Position numbers and translations under genes: made by a program. 64,000 nucleotides of DNA, from assembly GCA_012295275.1 (NCBI GenBank), contig CM022671.1, positions 4,774,001 to 4,838,000 of the forward strand, given 5' to 3'. The DNA comes from Chrysomallon squamiferum (taxonomy: Eukaryota > Animalia > Mollusca). Shown one piece after another: positions 1 through 35,776 of this stretch. Under the pieces are notes generated by a model. That model was given only the letters and a program-made list of their open reading frames with translations. It had not been told where the DNA came from and did not search any database. The first letter of the stretch is position 1, and every line of letters begins with the position of its first letter.

Positions 1-622
1 TATAATGATTTTTTATGTGTAAAGAGTGATTCACTTTAATTGTTAGTATTTGGATTAAATTTTTCATGCATAATAAATAATTTTTCTTTAACATAACAGT
101 CTATTATATGTAAAAGAGTGACTCTCTTTAGCCAGCAAAATGATGCATTATATGTGCAAAAAAGTGACTCACTTGAACATAAAGATCTGTTACATGTGTA
201 AAAGAGCGACTTCCTTTAACCATCACAATGATCTGTTAAATGTGTAAAAGAAACACTCTAATAATTCACCTTAACCGACATAATGTAGACTAATTTAATT
301 GTTAGTGATTGGATTAAATGTTTCTTGAGTAAAAATGTGATTTGCTTTAATCATCATAATGATCTGTTAAATATGTAAAAGGGTGACTCACTTTAACCAA
401 CATAATTTAGAAATATTTAATTGTTAGTGCTTGGATTAAATGTTTTATGTGCAAAACATTTACTTTAACCACCATAATGATCTTTATATGTGTTAAAGAG
501 TGACTCACTTTAAATTTAATTACTCATCTTATCTAGTATAATGTTGAAAAGAATGAATGACTTTAATTGTTAGTACTAGGATTAAATATCTTATGAGTAA
601 AGAATGATATAACCAATGATTT
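1..622. repeat. Degenerate ~60/120-bp tandem satellite downstream of the SEC14L stop (left part)
   Basis: Recurrent AAAGAGTGACTCACTTTAA and TTAGT...TTGGATTAAAT blocks. Confidence 0.85.
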
Positions 623-1440
623 GAAGGGTTAGAGCCAGAAGGTCTTAAGTGCATTTTTTGTAAAAATGACATTTTACCACAAATACATGTACAGTAATAT
701 ATTCTTTCATATATCAAAGAATCAAGTTAGTAATACAGTGCAACCTCAGGTTACAAACTTAATTTGTTCCAGAACTCGGTTCATAAACCGAATTGTATGT
801 AAACCAAAGCGATGTCAGACACACGAACACCACTTTCATGTTTTTCAATTATTTCTTTCTTAACCTCTACTGTGATACCTTTATACTTTCCACAATCCTT
901 ATCGCTTTCACTTTTTGTTTTCTTGGGCACCATACTGGATAGGGTATAATAAAAAATCTACACATAAAAGAAGCAACACATTAGAAAATGCAAGTGCACA
1001 ATCTCAGTGCAAAAGGTATTGAGCTGCAACTGTGTATCGAAGACTAAAGACCCTAATTCTATTTGCTATAATCCTTACTTTGACCTCGGTTATGACATAA
1101 GCATCTATTTTTTTCTTTACTAGATGTTCACGTCAAAACAAAGCTTGTCGTGGCACGTCGCTGTAGTTCGTAAGATGGGACATTATTCATAAACCGAGAC
1201 AAAAATTGCCCAAGATCACGGTTTGTAATCCAATTTGTTTGTGCTTTGAGCCATTTGTAACCCAAGGTTCCACTGTAACCTTTCGAGACATCAATCAGAA
1301 CCAGTAAGAGTTAAGCTGTAAACATGTGTATTTTCAACAACCTGTCAATACATATGCAAATGCCAAAGAACTCAAACTTTGTTTTGTGTTTTTCAGTTTG
1401 GCAAAAATTCAGTTGTGACCTTATGGCTCTAACACCTCCG
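623..1440. mobile_element. Non-autonomous TIR DNA transposon (outer element) inserted in the satellite
   Basis: GTTAGAGCCAGAAGGTC (628-644) and GACCTTATGGCTCTAAC (1417-1433) form a 16/17 inverted match. ATTT flanks both sides (619-622, 1441-1444). Confidence 0.7.
736..1275. mobile_element. Tc1/mariner pogo/Tigger-like MITE, 540 bp
   Basis: The left TIR CAGTGCAACCTCAGGTTACAAA matches the reverse complement of the right end, CAGTGGAACCTTGGGTTACAAA. TA target duplication at 734-735 and 1276-1277. Confidence 0.85.
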
Positions 1441-1750
1441 ATTTACTCTATATGTAAAAGAGTGACTCACTTTAATAATTCATCTTATCCAAAATAATGT
1501 AGAAATTTTTTATTTTAGTTATTGGATTAAATATTTTATGAGTAAAGAATAATTTCCTTTAACCACTGTAATGATAATGATTTGCTATATCCTAAACAGA
1601 GTGACTCACTTTAATAATTCATCTTAACCAAAATAACGTAAAAATCTTTAATTTTAATGCTTGGATTAAATGTCTTATGAGTAAAGAATGATTTCATTTA
1701 ACCATCGCAATGATTTGCCATATTCTTACCAGAATGACTCACTTTAATTA
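1441..1750. repeat. Same degenerate satellite (right part), abutting the SEC14L stop codon
   Basis: TGACTCACTTTAAT at ~1463, ~1602 and ~1735. The last copy overlaps the TAA at 1744-1746. Confidence 0.85.
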
Positions 1751-3917
1751 CTATTAGGATTATCACCAGAACATGCACTGTCCTGCTTAGCTAAGCTCTC
1801 TTTGTCATCTTCGCTAGGCGACATCTCCATGTCTAAGTCTGTTATAGGATCAAGGACTTCGATAAGATAAAAAATCTTCTTACTTCTCGCCCAGCTGTAT
1901 GTGTTGTCAAATCTCACCACATCTGAGAGAATAAAAATACAGCATGCAGGAATGAATGTCTTTAACAATACATCAACATTTTAATGCTCAAAATTATTAT
2001 GTTTTTTCTAATATAACATTGTTTACAACTCTCGTCAGGGCATATTTTGAATTGTTTTAATATTAAAAGTAATGAACATCAGTAGGCTGTCATAGTAAAA
2101 CAGTTTTAAAATAAGTTTTTGTAATATCTGTAATGTTAGTATAATAAAAAGAAAGCACATGCTATTACTATTCCATATACAAATTGTATTAAAAACAGAC
2201 AGACATTAATATAGTTTCATAAAAAAAATATAAAAGAAAATTTTTAAATAAACTACAATTAAAAAAAATAAAAACATATCACTTATATAAAATTAAGATT
2301 ATTAATTTTAAAATCTCACAAGTTCCTGTTTTCTGGCAAGTGACTGTTCCATCTTCTGGAATCATGTGACTGTTCACTCGCTGCGAAACCAAAACTGGTT
2401 CCATTTCCGAAGCTTTCTGCCGACTGCTGCCTTCTCGACGGAAAATACCAAACCCTATGTCAAACCCATCTGTCTTAAACTGCCATCTACAAGTTTCAAA
2501 ATAACAAGTCACAGAATAACAATATGTTAAACATGAATGAATGTTTAATCATGTTTTATTTAACATTGTTAGCGTCTGATTATTCTAGGATGTCATTTTT
2601 TTACCATGAGTCAGTTTTATTTAACACTGTTAGCATCTGATTATTCTAGGATGTCAATTTTTAAAATTATTATTCTCCATGTATCAATTAGCAGAAAGAT
2701 ATTTTTATATATGCCTTCCCATATCTGTGAAAAACCAAACAATAATAATAATAATCTAGACAACAGGTGTGGCTGGAATGGGAAATGTTGAGGCTTATGC
2801 TATGACTTATCTTGCATTATGTCTGTGCTTTGACATTTTAATTACCTTAAGTCATTAGAACTGAGGAATTAGTTTAAAACTGAAATAATAGTAATAATAA
2901 TAATGATTATGATGATGATGATGTTGATGATAATAATTATGCTGCTTGTAGAGATTTTTTAAAAACAAGATTTTTTTTTTTTTTACAGAATAATAGTATC
3001 CTTGTTGATGTATTTTTCTTTTTCTGTTTTAAAGCAATAATTATTTATTTCATGTCACAGTATTCTATATTATGAAGATAATAATATACATACGTATATT
3101 ATATTACATTATATATGGACTTGAAAAATGTATACTGCTCTTTCTACAATTATAAAGGAACTAAACAGGGCCAAAATTACATAATTTAACATTTGAAACG
3201 ATATTATTTATTTAAAATAATGATTATTCCCTGTATTTTACAATCAGAAATCTCTGATGTGAATATAACAAACAAAAATAAAAAAGCTGAACAGTATGCA
3301 CGTCGAAACACATAACTCCTTCTCATAATTGTTACTGGCAAAAGATTTTGGAAACACAATAAAACATTAAAGATTTTTTTCTGTAACAAATCTTCTAATT
3401 AAAATCATCCAGTAAAAATCTTTCTAGATCTGCCCTCGTACACTTTCTTACCGTAAAACACTTTTAGGCACTTTAATTTCGTATTCTAATTGCAAGGAAG
3501 ATCCTCGTCCTATACACGATTCAGTGAAGTCATCAAGATTGGACAGTTCCTGGCAGTAGTAACTAGATGGGACTTCACCTCCCATACATATCTACAATTT
3601 AGAAAATAAAACAATACACTCAAAGAGATGACCTGATTTAGCCATTTTGGTATGGCCAACTTTTACTAGTAGAAAGATTTAGCTGCTGCTGTATTATATG
3701 GCAAGGGTGATAAAAATGAATGATTTGTAATGACAGTTACAAAATTTCAAGACATAACAAAAGAAGGTTATGTTTGGTAAACAATAACACAGTATTAAAC
3801 TTGTGAAACAAGTAAATTGTAATTTCAAAAAATATCAGAAATAAAATGGGAAAAAATAACATATGTTAATAAACACTCCATACAAGTGTCTGTGTATGTA
3901 TGTGTATATATATATAT

Positions 3918-3952
<35 letters not shown>

Positions 3953-4532
3953 TACACACATACACAGAGATATATACTTAAACACAGATACACACACAGA
4001 ACCATAATAGATACCAGTACATCCACAGACCAATAAGAAACACAAAATCATCTGTATATCCTTAACAGTCTGACAGATAGAAATAAAATAAAATAAAATG
4101 ACAGACACACAGACATGTACAGACAGACAGTAACCTGAGACTGAACAAATGGGTTGCCATCTGGATCTGTGCAGGTTCCACCCCAGTGAACAGGAAGTTG
4201 ATCTGGGTCAATGTACTTCAGCAATGTGTTTTTATAGTTGACTGATTATGAAATATAGATGGAAATAAAATAATTTAAAATAAAACAAAACAAAACAAAA
4301 ATATATATAAAAACAAAATACCAAGAAAAGAAATGATTAAGTTACTGAATCAAAATGTTTAAAAAAAATTATTATTTTAAAATAATTTTAAAATTTTTAA
4401 AAAGAACAATTAGTAAAATAAAACAATGTAGTAAAAAAAACAATAAAATAAAGTAAAAAATAAAATAAAATAATAAAAAATAATGAAATAATAAACTGAA
4501 ATATAAAAATAAAATGATAAAATAAATAAATA

Positions 4533-4605
<73 letters not shown>

Positions 4606-5174
4606 AAATTATATAAAATACAATAACACAACAAATGAATGAAATAAAAATATTTGTTTTAAATTATTATTTTTAAAAACAAAAAAGAAAAAATAAACAA
4701 CAATAAATTAATAAACATTAAATAATGATACAACAATAATGCTGATTACAATATCATCGTAACAACAACAATAATATTAATAAAAACATAAAAAATTAAT
4801 AATACTGGTAAAAATATACATGATAAATTGAACTCTTTACCTCCTAAAATTTGAACTTTTCTTACGGAGTCTTCACTCAGTACTGGTCGGAGTAAATTGT
4901 AAGCAACTGGGAAAATCCTTGGTGCTGAAAAACAATTTAAAAAAAACAAAAGAAAAAAACAACTTTATAGAAACCTTAAGTTACAATTTAGCTTATAATC
5001 TAAGTGAACATGTAATGGTCCAAAGTGCCTAAATGTGTTTTGTAAATAACAAAATATTTGTTTCAGTATTAAAGCATATCAGCAGTTATATAAGTAAATA
5101 ATCGAAATCAGTTTTGTGCATTTAGTAGCTGTTTTATATCAGTCATCTAACATTTTTAAAAAGAGACAAGAGAC

Positions 5175-5256
<82 letters not shown>

Positions 5257-7888
5257 CTCAGTGATAGAGTATCTGCTCAAGATGCTGTGGATTATTGAAT
5301 CAGTCATTCCTGATGGACCCATTAAGATTTTTCTAGTTCCAACCACTGCTCCAGAAGTGGTGCATCAAAGGATGTGTTGTAAAAGATCCACTACTGCTAA
5401 TCAGAAACAGTAACCTATGAAAAGGATGCCGTTTTGTGGTGTCTGAGATGTCCTTAACCAACTTTTCAATGCCATAAAACCATACTAAAATGTGTTGAAT
5501 AATTTAAAAAAAAACTTCCCTCCTTAGTTATTTATTTTAATAACAGATATGTTATTTTATAAATATTTTTTAATCACAAATGTGAAAGAGAAAAGAGATG
5601 AATGAAACAAGAACTTACCGTTAATCACAAATGCTACTTTCATTGTTTCTGGATAATGTGCTTCAAAAATAGACAGTACTTCTATGAGAACATCAATGCC
5701 TGAAAATGTAACAGATTTATGTTTATACAAGTTATAGTGCCTGGAGCAGAGAAAACAGAATGCATAAACTAATGCACTGATGAAAGAAAGAGAAGAGAAT
5801 GAATGTCTGAAAAAAAGAAATTCAAGGCCTCCATGAAAAGTTCAGTCATCCTGTCTAAATGTATTTCACTCTGATTAATTTGGTACTACAAAAACAATGT
5901 TTATAATGCAAGTAGAAGTGGAGTTGTTAATTTTTTCACCATGTGAATTATCTAGTGCAAATGAAAAACTTTTGTTGTCAGGCTTCACATATCACTATAA
6001 ATGAACTTTGTCAAAGTAAGAAAAAATTATTTGCAACACATGCTATGATATATCAAAAGAAATCATAACTTTGGAACTATTTGACTGACAACACCATTTT
6101 TTTAATGACAGTAATCCAAATTTCTAGTTATAGTTAGGAATCAACCTTGTATTTCTCAAAATCATTTTCAAGTACCTATTTATTCAGCTAATTATAAAAT
6201 GGGGCCAAAAGACTATTTTAATACATTAAATTTATACTGTTTTGCAAACTATCATTTTATGAATTGAATATTTCCATAACATCAGGAAAGATATAATAAT
6301 GTTCTCTGTGAAAATAAAAAAATAACACACTGGAAATTCAGCTAATGAATAAAACAGTGGCACAAGACCACTTAAACATTAAAGCATAAATTTACAATAC
6401 TACTTTCTACACTCCCATCATTTTATGACTGAAATGTTTGTGACATGACTGCAGATAAAACAATGATGCAGTATTATGTGTATATATATATATATATACA
6501 TTACTATGGATTTGTTCTTTTAAATGGCATTTTTCTCCATGGAACATTGGTATACACAAGGCTAATTTTTTACTTACCAGGTTTCCATAAATGTCTAAGT
6601 CCCATATATTCCAGATCAAAGATAATAACAAGCTTGTCAACTCGTCTGCCTTCCTGAAAATTATGAATTTTTTTTTTTTTATTTTTTTAATTATATATAT
6701 TGAAGTAATATACATGTATATATGAAGTAACAGACTAAATACAGGTTTGATTTTTTTCTATTTTTTTGTTTGTTTGTTTCTAGTTGTTATTTATTTATTT
6801 AATTTTTCTTGTTAAGTTTATTATTTTATTTAGATATTCATTATTGTTATTATTTGATTTATATTGATTTAGATAAATTCAGATAAATTCAAAAATGATG
6901 TAATAGTAAATACCAGTACCTGAATTATACATAAAAAAAAATATATATAAAAAAAATTATAATAAAATCAGATCAAATCAAATTTAAAAAATAAAAATAG
7001 TAATAATAATAATATAAATTTTTCTAAATATTACATACCTTTTGGGTCAGTTCATCAAACACTTTGTAAATTTTTTCAAGCAGATAAATTTTGTTTCGTA
7101 TAATATCAGCTTTTTTGGCAGATCTCAGTAGTCCTAAAGTATAATAAATAGACAGGTAGATACAAGTGTTAAAAATATGCAACATTAAATATTAATAAAA
7201 CACTAAAATATTTTTTTTTTTTATAGAATATACAAATCTTCTTCTGAATAAAAATTTTATTTAAAAAAGTAAAATAAAACATAAAGCCCACCTGTTTCAA
7301 GTCAGGTTTTGTTGTTTTAAATACAAATATTTTACAATATTAAACTAAAAATTATTTTATAATGGAACAGTAAAAAAAAAAAAAAAAAAAAAAAAAATTT
7401 TTAAAACTACAGTAATAAAAACCAACAAAACATATAAATGCAAACACATCTACACTAGTATAAACTTGAATTAAAAAAGAATAATTAAAAAAATAATTCT
7501 GTTCTGAATTTGAGAATATAATAACCTTTCATATCCATGTGTCCAAATGGATCAATCCAAATTAGGGCACCCTCTTTATCACGTCCAAATAAACCACCAA
7601 TCACATACTTTTTAATTACTTCAGGAATGGTGAATGTTTCCAAAATGGTGTCCACTTCATTCTGTTTTCTCCAAACAAAGTGCTGTAACAGTGATGTAAT
7701 ACAGCAAAAATGATAATTAAAATTAGTATATAAAAATAATATTAATAACGTATCACAAAAATTACTTGAAAAAGCAGAAAGCATTAAGTTATTATGTATT
7801 TATTTATGTAATATTACATACACACATACTGATATAGACATACATACATATATGTACACATAAATGCATACACACACACACACATATA

Positions 7889-7939
<51 letters not shown>

Positions 7940-7997
7940 CTATGTCTATAACAGTAGTCTATATATTTATATATATATATACACACACACATAAATG

Positions 7998-8028
<31 letters not shown>

Positions 8029-8487
8029 GCATACACATGCACAAAATAGAAAAATAAAAAATGTCTTACATTTCGAAGCATAGCTTCAGATTTCTTTAAG
8101 TCAAACTTTCTGGCTGAAAAAATAAAATATATAATTTAATTCCTTTTACTTCAGTTTAATTTCTTAAATATTGTTATTGAATTTATCTTTTGCTGTTGTT
8201 ATTTTTTAATAAAATTTAATTTAAAAAAAAAAATAAGAACAAAAAAAATTCGTCAAGCAGTAAATGTTTTATAACTAGCACATACCCATGGAAAGCAAAG
8301 AATATTCTATATTTCTAACTGATTTAGAAAAGGAAACTTCTCCAAGAGCCACTAATGTTGATCAGTCATAGATCAGAAACATGTTAGAATTATACACTTT
8401 AAATATTTTTTTTTTTATTATTATTATTATTATTTGTTTTGGTTTTTTTTGTACAAATAATAATAGAAGTATTTTATTTTTTCATTA

Positions 8488-8518
<31 letters not shown>

Positions 8519-9155
8519 GATACTAATAATAACTTGTTATATTTTAAAATGTCAACTTGTCCCGTTTACCTCTGAGCCATCGTAACAGATAATGATCATC
8601 ATGCTCAGGTTTCAGAATATCTTTGACATTTTCCCGAAACTGAAATAGAATAAAAAAAGGTTAAAAAAAAAACATTTAAAAAAAAAAAAAAAAATTCTGT
8701 TACATATTACATTGCAGTTTATCAAAATAATTCATTATCATACAAAGGAAATTTTGATTTTCCTAACTTATTTTTTATTTATTTATTTTTGTTTTAATAC
8801 TATCAACATCCACTGACAATTTTAAATAATTTGGGGTTTCTTTATATAATTTTTTTTTTTTAATGTCCACTGGTTGATAAAAACAGCCTGGACTGTGATG
8901 GATGTTTTTTCTTTTAGATGAATATTTATTAAACATTTTATTAAAATTAACAGCTGTTATAGTCATGTTATGGGGTTTTAACAATCATATATAAAAGGAA
9001 ACCCCAAAATATCATCCTGAATGCCAAAACACATTAATTATACTTTACCATACAAGGGAAAGAATAATATTAAAATTAGTATTAATATCTAATGGATGTT
9101 AAACTGGATATGCTTATGTGGGTGTGTTTATGTATGAGTGTCCATGCTTGAATAT

Positions 9156-9214
<59 letters not shown>

Positions 9215-9768
9215 TACAAGACATATGATTAACAACTTAAAATGTACTTTTTCCTAATCAAAAAATTGCTGGACATAAAATAAAATTTCAATTTACAAGA
9301 AAAGTACTGACTAGAACAAGAAATAGATAACTATTGAGTCCCAAAAGATGGTTTAACACTAATTTTTACAACTGACTTTCATTATGTCTGTGTACATTGT
9401 TATTAAACTATTTAATAAATGTCAACAACAGTTTATTCTAACAACTGGTGTTGACAGCTCTGGTTTAGTTTAAGGTCAAAATATTTGATACAGCTAGTTG
9501 TGTTTTCCATGGCATTTTGTAGAAATATCTGTGTGAGGAAACAAGATGGCTGAAAATTATGTTTAAAGAATAAATACTATTTATAATGTGGTATACACCT
9601 TTCATTACAGGGAATGTAAAAGTATTTAGAATATAAAAATGATCCACAATATCAGTTTCAATACATCTATACCTATATACACACATGTATAGATAAAAAT
9701 ATATTTATATGAATATTGTTTTATTGTATTACTAATATTATCAATATCAGTATATTCACACACACACA

Positions 9769-9822
<54 letters not shown>

Positions 9823-10005
9823 CACATCAAAGGATAATAAAAATGCATAAAAAACAACCTTGGTGTGATACCTTAGTATCAGTTATGTATGTATATATTA
9901 TCTGTTATGCTTTTCAGGTTTAATAAATATTTATGCCATAGGCTTTTACTGACACTAAGGTATCACACTAAGGTTGGTTTTTATGCATTTTTAAATTCCT
10001 TTGAT

Positions 10006-10045
<40 letters not shown>

Positions 10046-10282
10046 GCGTGCCTAAATACACACATACATACACATCAAATACAGTTTTTGTCCAGTTTCA
10101 AATAGATATATACACCATTCTTCTCACTGTATATTTTTGTTTTTCCTTTTTTTCCAATTTTTTTCAAGGCTTTTCTTTTGTAAATGTAAAAATTATTCAT
10201 GCATTAATGTTATTCACTCATGCACACTTCTGTTTGAAATAACTCGGTTATAAACACAGAGAATACAACAATTTCCTGTCTT

Positions 10283-10326
<44 letters not shown>

Positions 10327-10878
10327 TAACACCTTTATTTATTTATAAACAAATGTATGCTAGTAGTAGTACATACATACAGATTTATCTGAAAACAGGT
10401 TTATCTCTGATAGTATTTTTCTATTAAAAGAACAACACTTTACATATTCATACTGCTAAACCACAGACTACGACTACTTGCAGATAATTTGTGATTTACA
10501 ACATTTATATTTCATTCTACTACGATTTACGAGTACTTCAGAACCAAGAGTACGAGATAATCCGTCAACGTGATGCCAGAGGGGAGGAATTAAATTAAAA
10601 AGTAAATAAATAACTGTCATATCTCTTTAAATTAAAGTAACTTAATTTATTCTCAAAGTATGAATTTATAAATACGAATACCAAAAGATTTATTACATAC
10701 ATTTACAGTACGATTATCAAAATTAATACATATTAATTAGTCAGACACCAATTACATTGTCACACATCGATTGGTATCTATTAAGATTATTTCATTATTT
10801 GCTGCGTTAGTAGAAAGTTATTACCTGTTTTAAAATTGTGGCTTGTTTCGGAGTAAGTTCACCCAATTTTCCGCTCAT
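1744..10878 (-). CDS. SEC14-like lipid-binding protein (SEC14L2/3/4-like; CRAL-TRIO + C-terminal GOLD), 12 exons, ~417 aa
   Basis: GT-AG exons: 10825-10878, 8570-8639, 8070-8113, 7526-7682, 7039-7133, 6578-6653, 5619-5699, 4841-4924, 4135-4241, 3452-3591, 2320-2486, 1744-1922. They total 1254 nt in frame. Motifs: [72 protein letters not shown]. Confidence 0.93.
5255..5525 (+). mobile_element. Degenerate tRNA-derived SINE-like element
   Basis: A-box-like AGCTCAGTGATAGAG head. The core AAAAGATCCACTACTGCTAATCAGAAACAGTAACCTATGAA recurs in reverse orientation at ~48170 and ~43560. It resembles, from memory, an abundant gastropod SINE. Confidence 0.65.
9759..10050. repeat. Long inverted repeat (hairpin/MITE-like) in SEC14L intron 1
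   Basis: ATCAAAGGATAATAAAAATGCATAAAAAACAACCTTGGTGTGATACCTTAGTATCAGT (~9826-9882) pairs with ~9948-10005. It is extended by (CA)n on the left and (TG)n on the right. Confidence 0.85.
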
Positions 10879-11650
10879 AGCTTTCAGTACTATGCATACG
10901 ATTCCTTTTATTTACTGTAATTTTGACAGCGAACGCAAAATCTCGCTTGTCCTCGCCAAAGTATTTTTCATCCAGCTTCGAACCTATTTATATCAAACAT
11001 CGCACCACTTTACATATACGTAGAGTGGTAGCCCATCGTGACGTGACGTCTGGTGAACTGAGCATATTTATATATAATTTCATTTTTTTTTTTCTCTCTC
11101 TTCTTTTTTTTTTTTTTTTTCAAAATATTCAAAATAAAAATAAAATATGATTAGTTGCACTGAATTAAGTATTCATGCAGTCTATTTATAATTATCAAGA
11201 AGCCGATAACGTTGGATAGTATACATACATCATTACATGTTATTGATAATCTAAAAGTAGAACTAAAACGGTAAAAGAAAAGAATAATATGAAAAGTGAT
11301 TATTAATAATAGTAGTCATGAAAGTTAAGAAATACTGGAAAAGCATATAATTTATTTATTTATTTATTAATCTAGATATTTTTCTTTCTTTCTTTAATTT
11401 CAGCAACTGTTATTATTTATATTCCTTTGCCAATAATGATCGTTTTTTTTTTGTCCCCCCTCCAACACCGATCTTGGACTGGTTCACATGCAATAATTTC
11501 GGGTGTGTGTTTGTACAAACAATATTGTTATTTTTCTTCAGTGAACCAGTCTGTTGGTCATGTGACAAACGTTACAAACACGTTCTCCATTTTGGTTTTT
11601 GCCGCTGGTATTTGTTTTGTTTTTCTTAGCGAATATTGGTATTTAAAGGT
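10879..11650. promoter_or_regulatory. Candidate bidirectional promoter of SEC14L and PRPF8, including a probable PRPF8 non-coding first exon
   Basis: Divergent genes with locally CpG-richer sequence. CRE/ATF-like GTGACGTGACGTC at 11038-11050 and YY1-like CCATTTT at ~11587. A candidate donor AAG|GTAAAA at 11648 could join the acceptor at 12630, upstream of the ATG. Confidence 0.5.
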
Positions 11651-12664
11651 AAAAATAGATTGTGCTTATTAAGTCAGTTTTGTTTGCTTATTTTTAATGC
11701 AATGATATACATGTCAACGCAAAACGATAAGCAGAAGTAAAACGACCACAGTACATGGCTAGCATTTTAACACGCACCTTGTTCATTGCTGCATGCAGAC
11801 TTGACGAATTATTGAAAAATGAAATTAAAATTCACATTTAAAAATTGTCAAGAGTATATTGCGCTGACTAGCATTATTGTAGATTTTAAACTGCCACAAA
11901 ACAATGATCATAATGACATTATTTAAAAACATAACTAATTTGCTCTTCTTAATTAGACATCGGCTTTAGACTTGTTGAACTTAATTCATAACTGATAATT
12001 TTTTTTTTTTTTTTCATTATCATGAATATTATTAGTTGTGGTTCCTTATAAATTAGTGTTACTACTGTTAGTTAAATGTTAATTTATGTTGTATGTTACC
12101 CTGTGCTTTTAAACGATAAACCGTTGTTTTAATGTTTGATAAACATTTTATTTATCTAGAACCTTTTTGTAACTTTGTACATGTAGTCATTTTCCTATTT
12201 CATATCATTTGTATATATCACTGTTTGTAAATATTACAGGAAGTACAGATACTGTATGTGACGAAAATTATTGTCTATGGTATAAAATTTTAAAATCTAA
12301 GCCTAATATATAGTTACTATAACCAAACTTGTGTATCTTATTATCACTGCTTTTCAAAATTAAAAACTTTTGCAGTTTTGGCATTTAAAAATATTGCAAC
12401 ATCCAAATTACATTATTCCTAAATAAATATTTTGATTTACTGCACTAATTTAATTTGCATCAGTTTATATTTTTACTTTATTGTGGTATCATTAAATTGT
12501 CATTATTTGCTGAGGGTTATATTTAAATTATTATTTATTTACTTTTGTTTTATTTTTTATATTTTTGTTACTTTTGTTACTATTATTTGTTTTTAATTAT
12601 TATTTATTTATTTGTTTGTTTGTTTTGTAGGTTCTGTTAAGATAAAGACTGACCACCTGTAAGG

Positions 12665-35776
<23,112 letters not shown>

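Noticed and set aside
5255-5330. tRNA gene suggested by the A-box-like motif
   Set aside because: No cloverleaf or intact B-box; better explained as a decayed SINE head.
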